A stretch of DNA of 63,415 nt, filler included, from Octopus bimaculoides (GCF_001194135.2; 5 parts of 4 records of this genome joined end to end with filler, not necessarily neighbours in it); one strand, 5' to 3'; shown: positions 24,975 through 37,528, counted from the first letter of the whole stretch. Translations and numbers: made by a program. The notes: generated from the letters alone by a model not told the origin.

Positions 24975-25214
24975 TTTAAAGCCTCGCCAGGCTCATGGGC
25001 CCGGTTTCCCGGTTTCTATGGCGTATGTTTTCCGCAGCTGGATGGAACGCCAGTCCATCGCAGCGTTACTCATTTTTGCCAGCTGAGGGGACTGGAGCAA
25101 TGTGAAATGAAGTGTTTTGCTCAAGAACACAACGCGCCGCCCGGTCCAGGAATCGAAGCTACAATCTTACGATCATGGTGCTGACACCCTAACCACTAGG
25201 CCACGCGCCTCCAC
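24975..25214 (-). mobile_element. Full-length tRNA-derived SINE (family D)
   Basis: Minus head GTGGAGGCGCGTGGCCTAGTGGTTAGG...TTCGATTCC, core CTTGAGCAAAACACTT...CTGCGATGGACTGGCG. Homologous to 56121-56376. Confidence 0.9.
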
Positions 25215-25567
25215 TATACATCGTCTACATTTGTATATTTATTGTTATATAAACTATCCAACCCCAAACCCATGCGTTCTCCTTATCGTTGATGTTGTTG
25301 CAATAGTCAGCGTTTATGTTAGTTATGATACTTGGTATTGATGACGTTGTTTTATTGTTGTTGCTATCATTATTTACGCTGTCGTTGCTATTATACTAAT
25401 AACGTTGCTATTGTCACTGTTTTTGTTGTTGCTGTTGTTATCGTTCATGTTATTACTGTCCTTGTTGTTAATATAGTTCTTATTTCGGTAAAGACGGACT
25501 ATATGTAATCTGAACCTTTCCCCCCCCCCCTTTTTTTTTACGGAATCCCACGTTTTAGGCTATGGAG

Positions 25568-25667
25568 NNNNNNNNNNNNNNNNNNNNNNNNNNNNNNNNN
25601 NNNNNNNNNNNTTAATTAATTAANNNNNNNNNNNNNNNNNNNNNNNNNNNNNNNNNNNNNNNNNNNN
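25568..25667. other. Assembly linker 44N-TTAATTAATTAA-44N (also at 45136-45235, 57042-57141, 61718-61817)
   Basis: The same 100-bp layout occurs four times. The 12-mer gives stop codons in all six frames. Confidence 0.97.
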
Positions 25668-26601
25668 ACGGTAGCACAACTTTAGGCTTAATCGTAGTAT
25701 ATTAGCACATCTGTTTTTCTTTGTTCCCATCATTCACTCACTCACTCTCTCTCTCTCCTCCACTCTCTCTCTCTCCTCCACTCTCTCTCCATACACACGT
25801 TTCCAAAACACAGGCAAATAAGGTCTTTCTCTTCACACCCTCTTTCGATCCCTCTCCCACACCTCCACCACCACAACCACAACCACAAACACACAACTTT
25901 CCAGACCACGATGCTCAGGAACACCCTTCCGGTTCACATATTGCGCCCAATTAACGACCTACGATACGGTACTTTAAAAGAACTGCCAGCTGTTCTTATC
26001 TATCCTTATGTCCACATTCACCTATATCCACTCCAGGGGGGAATCCGAAAACCCTCTCATTTCATATATTCTTGTTTGTAAAAAACAAAAAAATTAACCC
26101 CCAAAAACATCAATGAAGCATAAAAAGAGCATTCCCCTCACCCCCAATCCTTGGATAAACACTGAAAATGAGCTCATTAATTTGAGAACTATGTACAAGC
26201 AACAGTTTTCTATCCAACGTTGTTATTGTTTAGCCCCATATCAGATGTCATTAAGAAAATCTATGATAAAAGCGTTCCAGGTTTGACCATCTCATTTATA
26301 TATATATATATATAAAGGACTAGGTTTGGCCTGTATGTCGTTCCTTTGGGAAGTGATACAGTTTTATTTGAAGTTACATGACTGCTATTTTCAGTAGGAC
26401 CATCGATCAGGTGGAGTGTGCTACTACGTTAGCCAGTTCATCCAACGTTTCACTTATGCCTTTCCATCGGTGTCACCTTTGAACAAATTTTGGTCAAAAC
26501 TTCATGGACCTTGGAATTTCATGGACCTTGCCACCATGCTGACCTCGCGCTCCCCCATCTGACACACAATAAAACATGTTCTGATATATTCTCCCTGGAC
26601 T

Positions 26602-26815
26602 AAGGCAGCGAGCTGGCAGAGTTGTTAGCACTCCGAACAAAAGGCTTAGCGACATTTCGTTCAACTTTACGCTCTGAGCTCAAATTTCACTAAGGTCGAC
26701 TTTGCCTTTTATCATTTTGGAGCCGGTAAAATAAGTACCAGTTGAGTACTGGGGTCGATGTAATTGACTTACTCACTTCCTCAAAATTGCTGACCTTGGC
26801 AAAAATTGAAATCAA
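26602..26815 (+). mobile_element. Family A SINE
   Basis: Head AAGGCAGCGAGCTGGCAGA, B-box-like GAGCTCAAAT, core and tail. Confidence 0.9.
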
Positions 26816-26935
26816 TATAATATACACCCCGGACACACTCTATTTCCATTTTTATTTTCTACATTCCTGTAGAGAATCACTACTCGGTGTTTTGATCTGC
26901 TAGAAGCAACTGCCACTTGGCAGAAGTAACTGCCA

Positions 26936-27167
26936 AGGCGGCGAGCTGGCAGAAACGTTAGCACACCGGGCGGAATACTAAGCGGTATTTCGTCTGCCGT
27001 TATGTTCTGAGTTCAAATTCCGCCGAGGTCGACTTTGCCTTTCATCCTTTCGGGGTCGATTAAATAAGTACCTGTTACGCACTGGGGTCGATATAATCGA
27101 CTTAATCCGTTTGTCTGTCCTTGTTTGTCCCCTCTATGTTTATCCCCTTGTGGGCAATAAAGAATTA
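26936..27167 (+). mobile_element. Family A SINE with an alternative 3' tail and a 14-bp TSD
   Basis: TSD AGAAGTAACTGCCA at 26922-26935 and 27168-27181. A box TGGCAGAAACGTTAG, B box GAGTTCAAATTCC. Confidence 0.93.
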
Positions 27168-27894
27168 AGAAGTAACTGCCACTCTATACCGCCTAAATGA
27201 AGGAAAAATTGGGTAATGTAATGTTCGAAATAGTCAGAAAAATAAAACATAACAGATTGGTCACTGCTACGACATCTTTTCTGTTAGAAATAAAAGTCAA
27301 GTTTCTTCAAAATTTTACCTTAATGTCTTAAAGAAAGGTAATGTAGTTCTAGACGCAAAATATATGAAGTTGGATGGTCACGACTGGAATATCGATCAGG
27401 ACTGCATTAAATTAACCACAATCAAAACCACCACCACCACCTCCACCACCACCACCACCACCACAAACACCCCACTACCANNNNNNNNNNNNNNNNNNNN
27501 NNNNNNNNNNNNNNNNNNNNNNNNNNNNNNNNNNNNNNNNNNNNNNNNNNNNNNNNNNNNNNNNNNNNNNNNNNNNNNNNNNNNNNNNNNNNNNNNNNNN
27601 NNNNNNNNNNNNNNNNNNNNNNNNNNNNNNNNNNNNNNNNNNNNNNNNNAGTACCCCAAAATGTTGCCAGTTTCTGCTAGACTTGTGAATTTGATGGAAT
27701 TAAAGTTTGGCCTGGATATCCGGAGCTTGATGACTGAACGTGAAAAACCTGCAGCTTCTTTGTACATACGATTTATAATTAAATTGTTAAATACGTTAAC
27801 CACTTGTTTGTCGATAAATTTTCTCGTACGGGGAAATTTATAGCTATAATATTAAGTATTTGTTATCTTTCTTTGGCTTACATTTCATTAGTCT

Positions 27895-27976
<82 letters not shown>

Positions 27977-28322
27977 GATGTCTCTCTTTCTCCTTCCCTT
28001 ATGTACATACGCACAAATATGTAAATATATATGTATATTTATACATATATGTATATTTTGTAAGAATTATGATTATTATAATTATTTTGTAAGAATAATT
28101 ATAAGTTTCACCATAAATTAACTATAGAGCATAGTCTAATATTGGGACATATAAATCAACCACGGAAAAAAAATGGACATTAGTACGGGTACATAAGTAC
28201 TTACATACATACATGCACGCACGTATGCACATATAAACTCGTATATACTGTATATACATTTCAATGTATATAACCTTATATTGTTGCCAATAATATGCCA
28301 TGAGTAAATACAAACTACAGTC

Positions 28323-29029
<707 letters not shown>

Positions 29030-29906
29030 CAGTCTTCCTCCCCCTCATCGTCATCATTACTACTTTGTTCCTGTTTGTTTTTTCTTCTTCCCTTTTCAGT
29101 GTTTTACATGTAAAACCCTCTCCATAATTACTTTAACATAGTATGACAATTCAAACACAAACACATATTTATGTAATACATTTGACGATTTATGTTCTCA
29201 ATATATATATATATATATTTTCATTTGATGTCTTTGTTACTTTCTTAAAGATTTGGCTAGAAAAATACACAAAAAGCGGAATGGTAGTGGTTAAATGCGA
29301 TCCTTCTCTTTTCGATTTTCGTTCGTTCGATGCGAACACGCATAGAAAGGAGACAAGGATGGTATCTAAGCTATGCAGCAGATGTCTCAGAGTCTCTTGT
29401 GAAAGAAAGCATAGCTCTAAACCTCCTCTTACTCCCTTTTTTCATTCGGCGGTAGTATCAGATGACATTGCATTCTAACATTAGATTCATTGTTTTCACA
29501 GATGGTCAGCTAACTAGATCTTCTCAGAATGTATGTTGAACACATCAAGATTCTCAGCTGAATTGGCCTGTGACAATTAACACAGTTTTCAAGTCCTATG
29601 TCTTGGATGCTGATGAGAAATATAACAGCAGGAGAGAAGAAACAGCCTGCTGGGTGGTGATAATGTTGAGTTTTGAGAGCATAATTAGTTATGTCACTTA
29701 TGTTCGTTTGTCTTATAACGTCTTTGTAAAATACTTCCGATAAGGCTCCATGAGATTTCACTGACATCAAGCTGTAGCCCTTTTTTTTTCAGTCTTTTAT
29801 CAAAATTTTTTAAAAATAAGAATAAAACCCTTAAAAATCCTCCAAATCTCAATCCACATAGTAACGATAAATTTCGATTCAAGATCTCTTTCAGTTCTTT
29901 AATATT

Positions 29907-30909
29907 GGTTTCAGATTTTGGCACAAGGCCAGCAACTTCAGGAGAGAGATTATGTCGATTACATTGACCCCAGTCCACAACTGTTACTTATTTTATCGAC
30001 CCCGAAATGATGACAGGCATCTAGTTTTTTCAGTCGCAAAATATGTATTTTTTAAATGACAGTAACAAATCTGAAAATCAGTTATAATAATGTAGCTTTC
30101 CAGTCTCATTGCTTTGAAGGCATGATGTTGTGGAGAAAAAAAATTGGAGAAAAAAGTTACAGAGGTTTAAAAATTGAAAAACTGTAAATTTTTAGCCAAT
30201 AGTCAGACAGAAAATTTTCGCGTTTAACTTTAAGGTTGTACCCTGTGAAATTTAGAGTTAGCGTCTGACATGTTCACTGTAGTCAAAATTCAGAGTTACA
30301 TCGATACACAAAAATTGAAAGCAATCTGAGAAAAATTAAGGTAGGGCTCATTTTGAGAATGAGAAAGACTAGATCCGATGACAGGCAGTGTCGACCTCGA
30401 CGGAATTTTAGCTCAGAACACGAAGACGGACGAAATGCCGCTAAGCATTTTGCCCAGTGTGCTAACGACTCTTTTCTACTCTAGGTGCAAGACCCGAAGT
30501 TTTTGGAGAGGGGGCCAGTCGATTAGATCGATCCAGTATACAGCTGATACTTAATTTATCGACCCCAAAAGGATGAAAGGCAAAGTCGACCTCGGCGGAA
30601 TTTGAACTCAGAACTTAAAGACACGAAATATCGCTAAGCATTTCGCCCGATGTGCTAACGTTTCTGTCAGCTCGCCCCCTTGGTGTACTAACGATTCTTT
30701 TCTGCGCTAGGAACAAGGCCCGAAGTTTTGGGAGAGGGAAGGCCAATCGATTAGACCGACCCTAGTAAGCAACTGGTATTTAATTTATCGACCCCGAAAG
30801 GATGAAAGGCAAAGTCGACCTCGGCGGAATTTGAACTCCGAACTTAAAGACAGGAAATATCGCTAAGCATTTCGCTCGGCGTGCTAACGTTTCTGCCATC
30901 TCGCTACCT
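29907..30909 (-). mobile_element. Head-to-tail trimer of family A SINEs bounded by one 20-bp TSD
   Basis: Copies at 30698-30909, 30472-30681 and 29907-30471. TSD TCTTTCAGTTCTTTAATATT at 29887-29906 and 30910-30929. Confidence 0.9.
30017..30376. mobile_element. 360-bp non-autonomous DNA transposon nested in a SINE
   Basis: 8-bp TSD GATGACAG at 30009-30016 and 30377-30384. Termini GCATCTAGT / ACTAGATCC (8/9 inverted match). Confidence 0.75.
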
Positions 30910-30941
30910 TCTTTCAGTTCTTTAATATTATGTATGATTTT

Positions 30942-31156
30942 AAAGCGGCGAGTTGGCTGAATTGTTGCCGTGCCGAATAAAATGCTTAGCGGTATTTCGT
31001 CCGTCATTACGTTCCGAGTGCAAATTCCGGTCGAAGTCGATTTTGTCCTTCATCCTTTCGGGGTCGATAAAAATGTACCAGTTGAGCACTGGGGTTGATG
31101 TAATCGACTTACCTCAGTTAACGGAATTGCTGGTCTTGTGCCAAAATTTGAAACCA
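30942..31156 (+). mobile_element. Family A SINE, head-to-head with the trimer
   Basis: Head, core and GTGCCAAAATTTGAAACC tail. Confidence 0.9.
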
Positions 31157-31230
31157 GCATGACTTATGATTTTGTATTCCTTATGAAGTTTCATATTATT
31201 TTGTTGTCACAGCCAATGGAATAAGATTTC

Positions 31231-31630
31231 GGGTATGGCTGTGTGTTGGTTAAGAAGCTTGCTTTGTAACCCCGTTTTTTTGGGGTACAGTCTCACTGTA
31301 TAGCGTTTTTGGAAAGTTGTCTTCTACTATAGCCCCGGGTCGACCAATCACTGTGAGTAAACTTGGTAGACGGAAACTGTGCGGAAGCCCGTCGTATAAA
31401 TCTGTGTAAGTATATGCGCATGTGTCTATGTTTGGGTTTGTTCTCCCACCATCTCTTGGTAACCAGCGTTAGTTTGTTCATATCTCCGTGACGTAGCAAT
31501 TCGCTAAAATAGACTGATGGATTAAATACCAAACTTAAAAAAAAAATTAGTACTGGGTAAGTTTGTTCGACTAATCTATTGAAAGTGGTGCCCCAGTATG
31601 GCCACAGTCCGGGTACTAAAACACATAAAC
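31231..31630 (+). mobile_element. Family B SINE, diverged full length
   Basis: Head, GGTAGACGGAAACTG core, internal TA/TG tract, CCAGTATGGCCACAGTC tail. Confidence 0.85.
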
Positions 31631-31756
31631 GATAAATGATAAAAATTCGGCTTTGAGATTAAGAACAGGAATTTGTTAATTAAAATTAGGGGTAGAATTT
31701 GCGCCTCAAGTCACTATTTCACTTTAGGTCAGCTCTGGTTTTATAAATCTATAAAT

Positions 31757-32215
31757 AAAGATGCCAGACTTGTTATCTTCATTTCGGGTTTCGTGCCTAT
31801 ATTCACTTATGGTCATAAATGTGTAATGACCTCAAAAGTTCGACCGCGAAATGGGATTTCTTCGAAAGATCTCTGAGTAAACTTTACTCGACACGTTGCG
31901 TAGCTCGGAGATCAGAGAGTGTCTCCATGTCGAGCCGCTACGTTTCTATATTGAGAGGTCACAGCTCCAGTACTACTGAATTGTAATTAGAACGTCATAG
32001 AAAAGAATCACATGACAGATTCTTCAAGCCGTTCTAACCAGAAAGAGATTAAGGAATAGATCAAGAACGAGATGTTTGGATAATATTCTCAATCTCATTT
32101 GGTCACACTTCGGAATCCAGTAGGAAAAACTAATGACTGTTGTTTCTGATAGGACCCTACAGAAAAGGTGCTTGTGATCGCTACAGTGACTTCACATTAT
32201 AATACAACCAAATAG
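31757..32215 (+). mobile_element. RTE-clade LINE 3' relic
   Basis: FVPIFTYGHKC...EMGFLRKI...LRSSEIRECLHVEPL..YIERSQL...RSRTRCLDNILNLIWSHFGI, with stops. Confidence 0.85.
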
Positions 32216-32517
32216 TGTTATGTCTATGTAACATAACAATGATTAGTGATTAGACCTTGCTACCTAACTAATCAGTGACGTCACAATGTTACACCCCTGA
32301 CCAGTGACACTAAAGTATCACACAACTAACCAACGACATTGCACTGCTACAATACTGCCACACTGACGCAGTGGCTGTCAACCTGGGTCCATTTAGCCCT
32401 TGTGAGTCCATATAAGGCTTTTTGTTAAAATTCATTAGCTTATGCTTTTCAATACAATTCTATGTTTTAACAATTTTTTAAAATACAACTAATAATATTA
32501 TTTACATTATTTACATT

Positions 32518-32580
32518 AAGTGGTTAAGAGCGCGAGCTACTAACCCCAAGATTCCGAGTTCGATTCAGGCAGTGACCTGA

Positions 32581-32640
<60 letters not shown>

Positions 32641-32773
32641 CATCAAAAAATACTTCAGGAGTGAGAACACGGGTTCGAAATTTCCCCAAGACACCCGATG
32701 AAAGCTGGAGGGTATATCAGCCGAAACGTTGTGTTAACAACAAACAAGATGAGGACAAATATCCGTCAATTGT
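32518..32773 (+). mobile_element. tRNA-headed SINE with internal (AAT)n and a hammerhead-bearing 3' module
   Basis: AGTGGTTAAG (partial A box), GAGTTCGATTC B box at 32556-32566, (AAT)n at 32583-32637, hammerhead at 32690-32735. Confidence 0.8.
32690..32735 (+). ncRNA. Minimal type I hammerhead ribozyme motif (dimer-type), core mutated
   Basis: GACAC cCGATGA A AGCTG-gagggtatat-CAGCC GAAAC GTT GTGTT. Stem I GACAC/GTGTT, self-complementary AACGTT stem III. CCGATGA replaces CTGATGA. Confidence 0.7.
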
Positions 32774-32784
32774 TGTTGTTGCTG

Positions 32785-33064
32785 TTGGCACTCCGTCGCT
32801 TACGATATCGAGGGTTCCAGTTGATCCGATCAACGGAACAGCCTGCTCGTGAAATTAACGTGCAAGTGGCTGAACACTCCAAAGCCACGTGTGCCCTTAA
32901 CGTAGTTCTCGTGACACAGTGTGACAAGGCTGACCCTTTGAATTACAGGCACAACAGAAACAGGAAGTAAGAGTGAGAGAAAGTCGTGATGAAAGAGTAC
33001 AGCAGGGTTCGCCACCATCCCCCGCCGGAGCCTCGTGGAGCTTTAGGTGTTTTCGCTCAATAAA
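32785..33064 (-). mobile_element. Family C SINE, 5'-truncated
   Basis: Near-identical to 14238-14500. Confidence 0.9.
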
Positions 33065-33859
33065 TGGGTCAGAACCACTGCTCAAACGAAACGAGAGTGT
33101 GACATTGTATCATGCCATAATTGCGACCTAAGCAGGAAGCGATTGCCTGACGCACTTGTAATTCTATAATACGATGTACCATAGCACTGCACCACTGACA
33201 AATGAGTGCAGAAACACAACGATATAATATCCAAGTTTATCATTGCCATGATATTCTCGTATATCAAAATAGCCACAAGTGGAAAGAAGAATAATTTAAT
33301 ATTATAACGGTATAAATTCGATATGGTGAATACCGTAAACTGGGGTTAACATCTCACAGTTTCTTGTGTACTGAGTTAGAAGAAACTAATACAAATAAAT
33401 TCTCAGAATATTTGTTCAAGATATCGGCTTTATTTCCACCGATTAGGCAAAATCCGATTCTGCTGTTTACTGAATTATTAAGTGTAATTTATTATTTAAT
33501 TGTGAATCACGACTACTCCATAGAAACCACAGCTAATTAGAAATTATAGCTCTAATTAATTAGCAATTCGTTATCAGTGTTATGTGTTATGTCTTTTCAC
33601 ATAGCAAGTAGTTTATAGCCTGGCTTTCACTAAGATTAATGTTAATAATATAATGAGCTAATGTAGTGTAGAATAATAGATGTCAGAGTCTATCGAGCGA
33701 CCGCTGTTCTTGTTATACAGTTTCGATTCTCGGTTATAAACGTTTGTGTTTCTTAAATAGCTTAATTAAAGGAGGAAGGACAGCGCCCAAGATAATTTAC
33801 AGTGTCTCTGAGATTGGTGGGATGAAAGAGAGCAATTTATTTCGTGAAACGCCTTGAAG

Positions 33860-34040
33860 GGTTTAGTCGAACAAATCGCTCCAGTATTTATTATTTTTTG
33901 TAAAGTTTAGTACTTATTTTATTGGCCCCTTTTTACCGAACCGTTAAATTAGGCTGATGTAAACAAACTAACGCTGGTTATCAGGTGGCGTGGTGGACTA
34001 ATACGCAAAGACACACACACACACATACACATACACACAC
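33860..34040 (-). mobile_element. Family B SINE 3' fragment
   Basis: TAGTACTTATTTTATTGG...TTTTACCGAACCG...GTAAACAAAC motifs followed by (CA)n. Confidence 0.7.
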
Positions 34041-34046
34041 ACACAC

Positions 34047-34646
34047 AAGAGTCTGCATGAGCTGCACACAAGTGTATGAGTGCTTCAGACATTTAACGAA
34101 CTGTCTGGGAGACCCGCAACCAGCAGAACTGAGGAAAACATCACAGATGTACGTGCAGCTGTGAGGCGAAATCGTCGAATCCACATCCGTGAGTTATCAG
34201 AGGATGTGCAGATTAGTTACGGTTCAGTTCAGTCCATTATCACTGAAGATTTGTGTATGAGACAGTTGTCTGCCAAATTCGTGCCAAAACTGCTTTCAGC
34301 TGACCAAAAAGACATTCAGGTTTCAGTTGCACAAACTCTCCTTAATTGTGTCGAGAACGATGAAAACTTTTTGAAAACTTTGCGTAGGCCTCTGAGCAGG
34401 TATCGCCAAGCTTTTAGCAAAATTTGATGCAGCTTCTCTGCTCAACTTTCTCTGTCATGGTCAATGCGATGATCACATGCTACACACCTTCCTTCCAAGC
34501 ATTGCTGTAAATAGCAGAAATGAGCTAGAACGTTAAAACTTAGTGCACATACACAGCAGAGGTCAAGGACAATATGTGTCAAGCAGCTTCACTCTGCGTA
34601 CTTTTGTTACTATAGCAACAGTCCGGATACTTATTGATCAGATCAC

Positions 34647-34650
<4 letters not shown>
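34047..34650 (+). mobile_element. Internally deleted mariner element
   Basis: SGRPATSRTEENITDVRAAVRRNRRIHIRELSEDVQISYGSVQSIITEDLCMRQLSAKFVPKLLS (WVPxxL-type motif). TIR-like end GTCCGGATACTTATTGATCAGATCACCTA. Confidence 0.88.
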
Positions 34651-34705
<55 letters not shown>

Positions 34706-34885
34706 NNNNNNNNNNNNNNNNNNNNNNNNNNNNNNNNNNNNNNNNNNNNNNNNNNNNNNNNNNNNNNNNNNNNNNNNNNNNNNNNNNNNNNNNNNNNNNN
34801 NNNNNNNNNNNNNNNNNNNNNNNAATCGAGTATCTCGTATAGCAGGTCCTCGTAAAGTGAGGTATTACTGTAAATACAAATATAT

Positions 34886-35068
34886 TTCTTAAACAAAAAT
34901 ATTATCTTATTTCGGCGAGTTAAGTCATCGCCCGACGATGGTTTATTTTGAAATCATTGTCAATAAGTCATCGCCCGACGATAGTTTATTTTGAAATCAT
35001 TGTCAATAAGTCATCGCCCGACGATGGTTTATTTTGAAATCATTGTCAATAATATTCTTGTTTAAGAA
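34886..35068. repeat. 3 x 43-bp tandem repeat enclosed by ~20-bp inverted repeats
   Basis: Units at 34921-34963, 34964-35006 and 35007-35049. Flanks TTCTTAAACAAAAATATTAT / ATAATATTCTTGTTTAAGAA. Confidence 0.9.
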
Positions 35069-35749
35069 TAATAAATTTGTACCTTACGAAAGTATAGAGT
35101 AACCCATCAGATTGATGTAAAATTGTTTTTATTATAACTAGATCTAAAAAAAAAGATACACTCTCATAAATCTTTTTATCCACAGAACCACGATGGTGAT
35201 GATGATGGTGAGATAGATCTCAATTACACCTCATCCTCCTCGTAACTACAAGCCGAATATATTTACAGCAATCTTAAGAGTTAACCAGAGCTAGTGTCGT
35301 GTTGAGAATGGGCATAGAGCACAGCTGGTGTCAACATTCGAACTTCCATCTCTTCTATCAGTGTTTCGATAAATTTATGCAGCATATTAACAAAGAATCA
35401 TTAAGATTCAATTATAATTGAATACGAGAACCAGTTATTATTGCTTAAGTGACATTTTCTATTTTGAAACACAAACCGGTTCAACTAGATGTTAAAGTTT
35501 TGCAAAATCTCACACAAGCCCACCAGCATAGAAATAGACGTTTCAAAAAATGCTTTAAACTCCCTCGTTGTTCAATTATGGAGTTGTCATTGTGTTAGAT
35601 GAAACATTCACAGATAAATGAGCTAAAAAAAGAAACTTTTGTAGCAAATTTCCACATAATTTATTTTTCTTATTAACAAACGTTATGATATATTATTCAT
35701 GTGAGTCAACTTAGTTCCACGTCATACGGTTTGAACGTGTATCTTTCAT

Positions 35750-35965
35750 ATTTTACTTCTTTCAATCATTGGACTACAGCCAGGCAGGGGAAACTGCTTG
35801 AAATATGTTAGTTAAAAAAAATCGACATCCAAGACTTATTTTTGTAAGCCTAGTACTTACTCTATCGGAATCTTTTGCTGAACTGCTAGGTACGGAGACG
35901 TAAACACACCAACATCAGGTGTCAAGCGATGGTGGGGGAGACAACCACAGAGAAAAAGACACACA
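35750..35965 (-). mobile_element. Family B SINE 3' half
   Basis: GTAAGCCTAGTACTTACTCTATCGG...GTAAACACACC...GTCAAGCGATGG. Confidence 0.8.
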
Positions 35966-35967
35966 CA

Positions 35968-36011
<44 letters not shown>

Positions 36012-36144
36012 CTGTACATACACACACGAAATTAAGATAAACCATGTTCTTTTTTTTGTCTAAAATATACTTTCCTTCATTTTCTACAATACTCTTTCAT
36101 CTATCTGGTAGACTTGCATGGCTTCTCTTTCAAAATTCACAGAT

Positions 36145-36530
36145 GGAAGAACACCTTTCATCTTCAATCCAAAGATGATTGTTTTTCTTCTAGCGTTGGC
36201 TTAAGCCGCTCAAACTGCTCGCAGTAGATCTCCTTTGTTATCGTTTGGTTTGGGTTTAAAAGATAAAAGTGGACTACACCTTTCATATCCCACGAAACAG
36301 ATAACACCACCTTACGTGAGTGAAGATCTTCTTTAGCCTGGGGTACCGGTGTTTCTCCTTTCCCTACTCACTGTCTTCGGCGCTTGACATTTTTATAGAA
36401 AGCCCATTTCTCGTCACCAGTCACTATTCGGTCGAAAAAATGTTCATTCGTGAGACGTGGCAACAAAGAAGAGCACTCATTCACTCTCTGCGCGCGATTG
36501 GACTCAGAACGTTTTGTGTGACGTGAGGGC
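36145..36530 (-). mobile_element. mariner transposase catalytic-domain relic
   Basis: FFDRIVTGDEKWAFYKN...DLHSRKVVLSVSWDMKGVVHFYLLNPNQTITKEIYCEQFERL, with stops. Confidence 0.92.
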
Positions 36531-37254
36531 TAAAGGGAAATGAAAGTGTCACCTCTGGAGTTTACCAATGATCACTATGCCGATAGGTAACTGAACAGAA
36601 TAAATTTGCAATCTATAAATCTCTTTAACCAATCTCTTTGACCAATTACTTATCTGGAAAGGCCTTGAAATCAATGTTACCATCCGGGTACTATCTCTGA
36701 CCCAGTGATAATAAAAAGACTCAAAGAGGTCTGCAACCAAATAACTTTACTCAACACTTTGCAACTGAATCAGGGGAGGCAAAGATACTTCTCCTTTACT
36801 TGACAATTTATGCATCACATTGCAGAAATCACAATCTAAGTATGTCGCAAAGCAAGCACTTACACTGTCGCACCATTGAATTACAAATAATGCTCGTCTT
36901 GTATCCTCGGGTATCCTACAGCTTGTATCCTACAGCTTCCTTTATCTAATCCCAACAATTTTACTTGATAAATAAGCCTCAACAGAAAGAAATTTAGGAA
37001 TATGAAAACGAAATATTAAATGTGTTTTATTCTGAGCACCATATTCTTCATTCTCTACTTTAAAAGTCAAGCATCGAAGACTGCCTCAGCTTAGTTTAAT
37101 CTGGCAGTGATTATCTCCCTTAGGATAGCTGAAACCTAAAAGTGCGCTGCATATATAAATTCCCGATCTCCAAAAATGTTATGAAAAACAAAAAAAAAAA
37201 AAACAAACAAAATCACATATTTTTAAAGAAATTTATTGAAAATTTTCATAACAT

Positions 37255-37370
37255 CTGGTCGACTCGAAGTTATAATAGAAGAGACTTGCCCAAAATGCCA
37301 TGCAGTGGGACTGAAACCGGAATCAAAAGGCTGGAAGAGCAAACTTATTACTGCACAGCTACGCCTGCGC
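37255..37370 (-). mobile_element. Family B SINE head fragment
   Basis: Minus strand GCGCAGGCGTAGCTGTGCAGTAATAAG...GGTTTCAGTCCCACTGCATGGCATTTTGGGCAAG. Confidence 0.75.
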
Positions 37371-37482
37371 GTATGACAGATAACCATTTTTTGTTTACAA
37401 AATTCTTCATGTTGTTCTGATGCTTCATACATATATTCCATTAGTATATTAATAGGTTGTTAAAAAAAAAACGTTTTTCATT

Positions 37483-37528
<46 letters not shown>

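Noticed and set aside
25612-25623. Recurrent TTAATTAATTAA as a biological motif or PacI site cluster
   Set aside because: It is always centred in 44N+44N, so it is an assembly linker.
26936-27030. tRNA genes at SINE heads
   Set aside because: A and B boxes are present, but there is no acceptor stem or cloverleaf and each head runs into a SINE core.
34921-35049. CRISPR-like palindromic repeats
   Set aside because: Identical tandem units without unique spacers.
36193-36316. Plus-strand exon with strong splice signals
   Set aside because: Stops in all frames, and it lies antisense to a mariner relic. This shows such signals arise by chance here.
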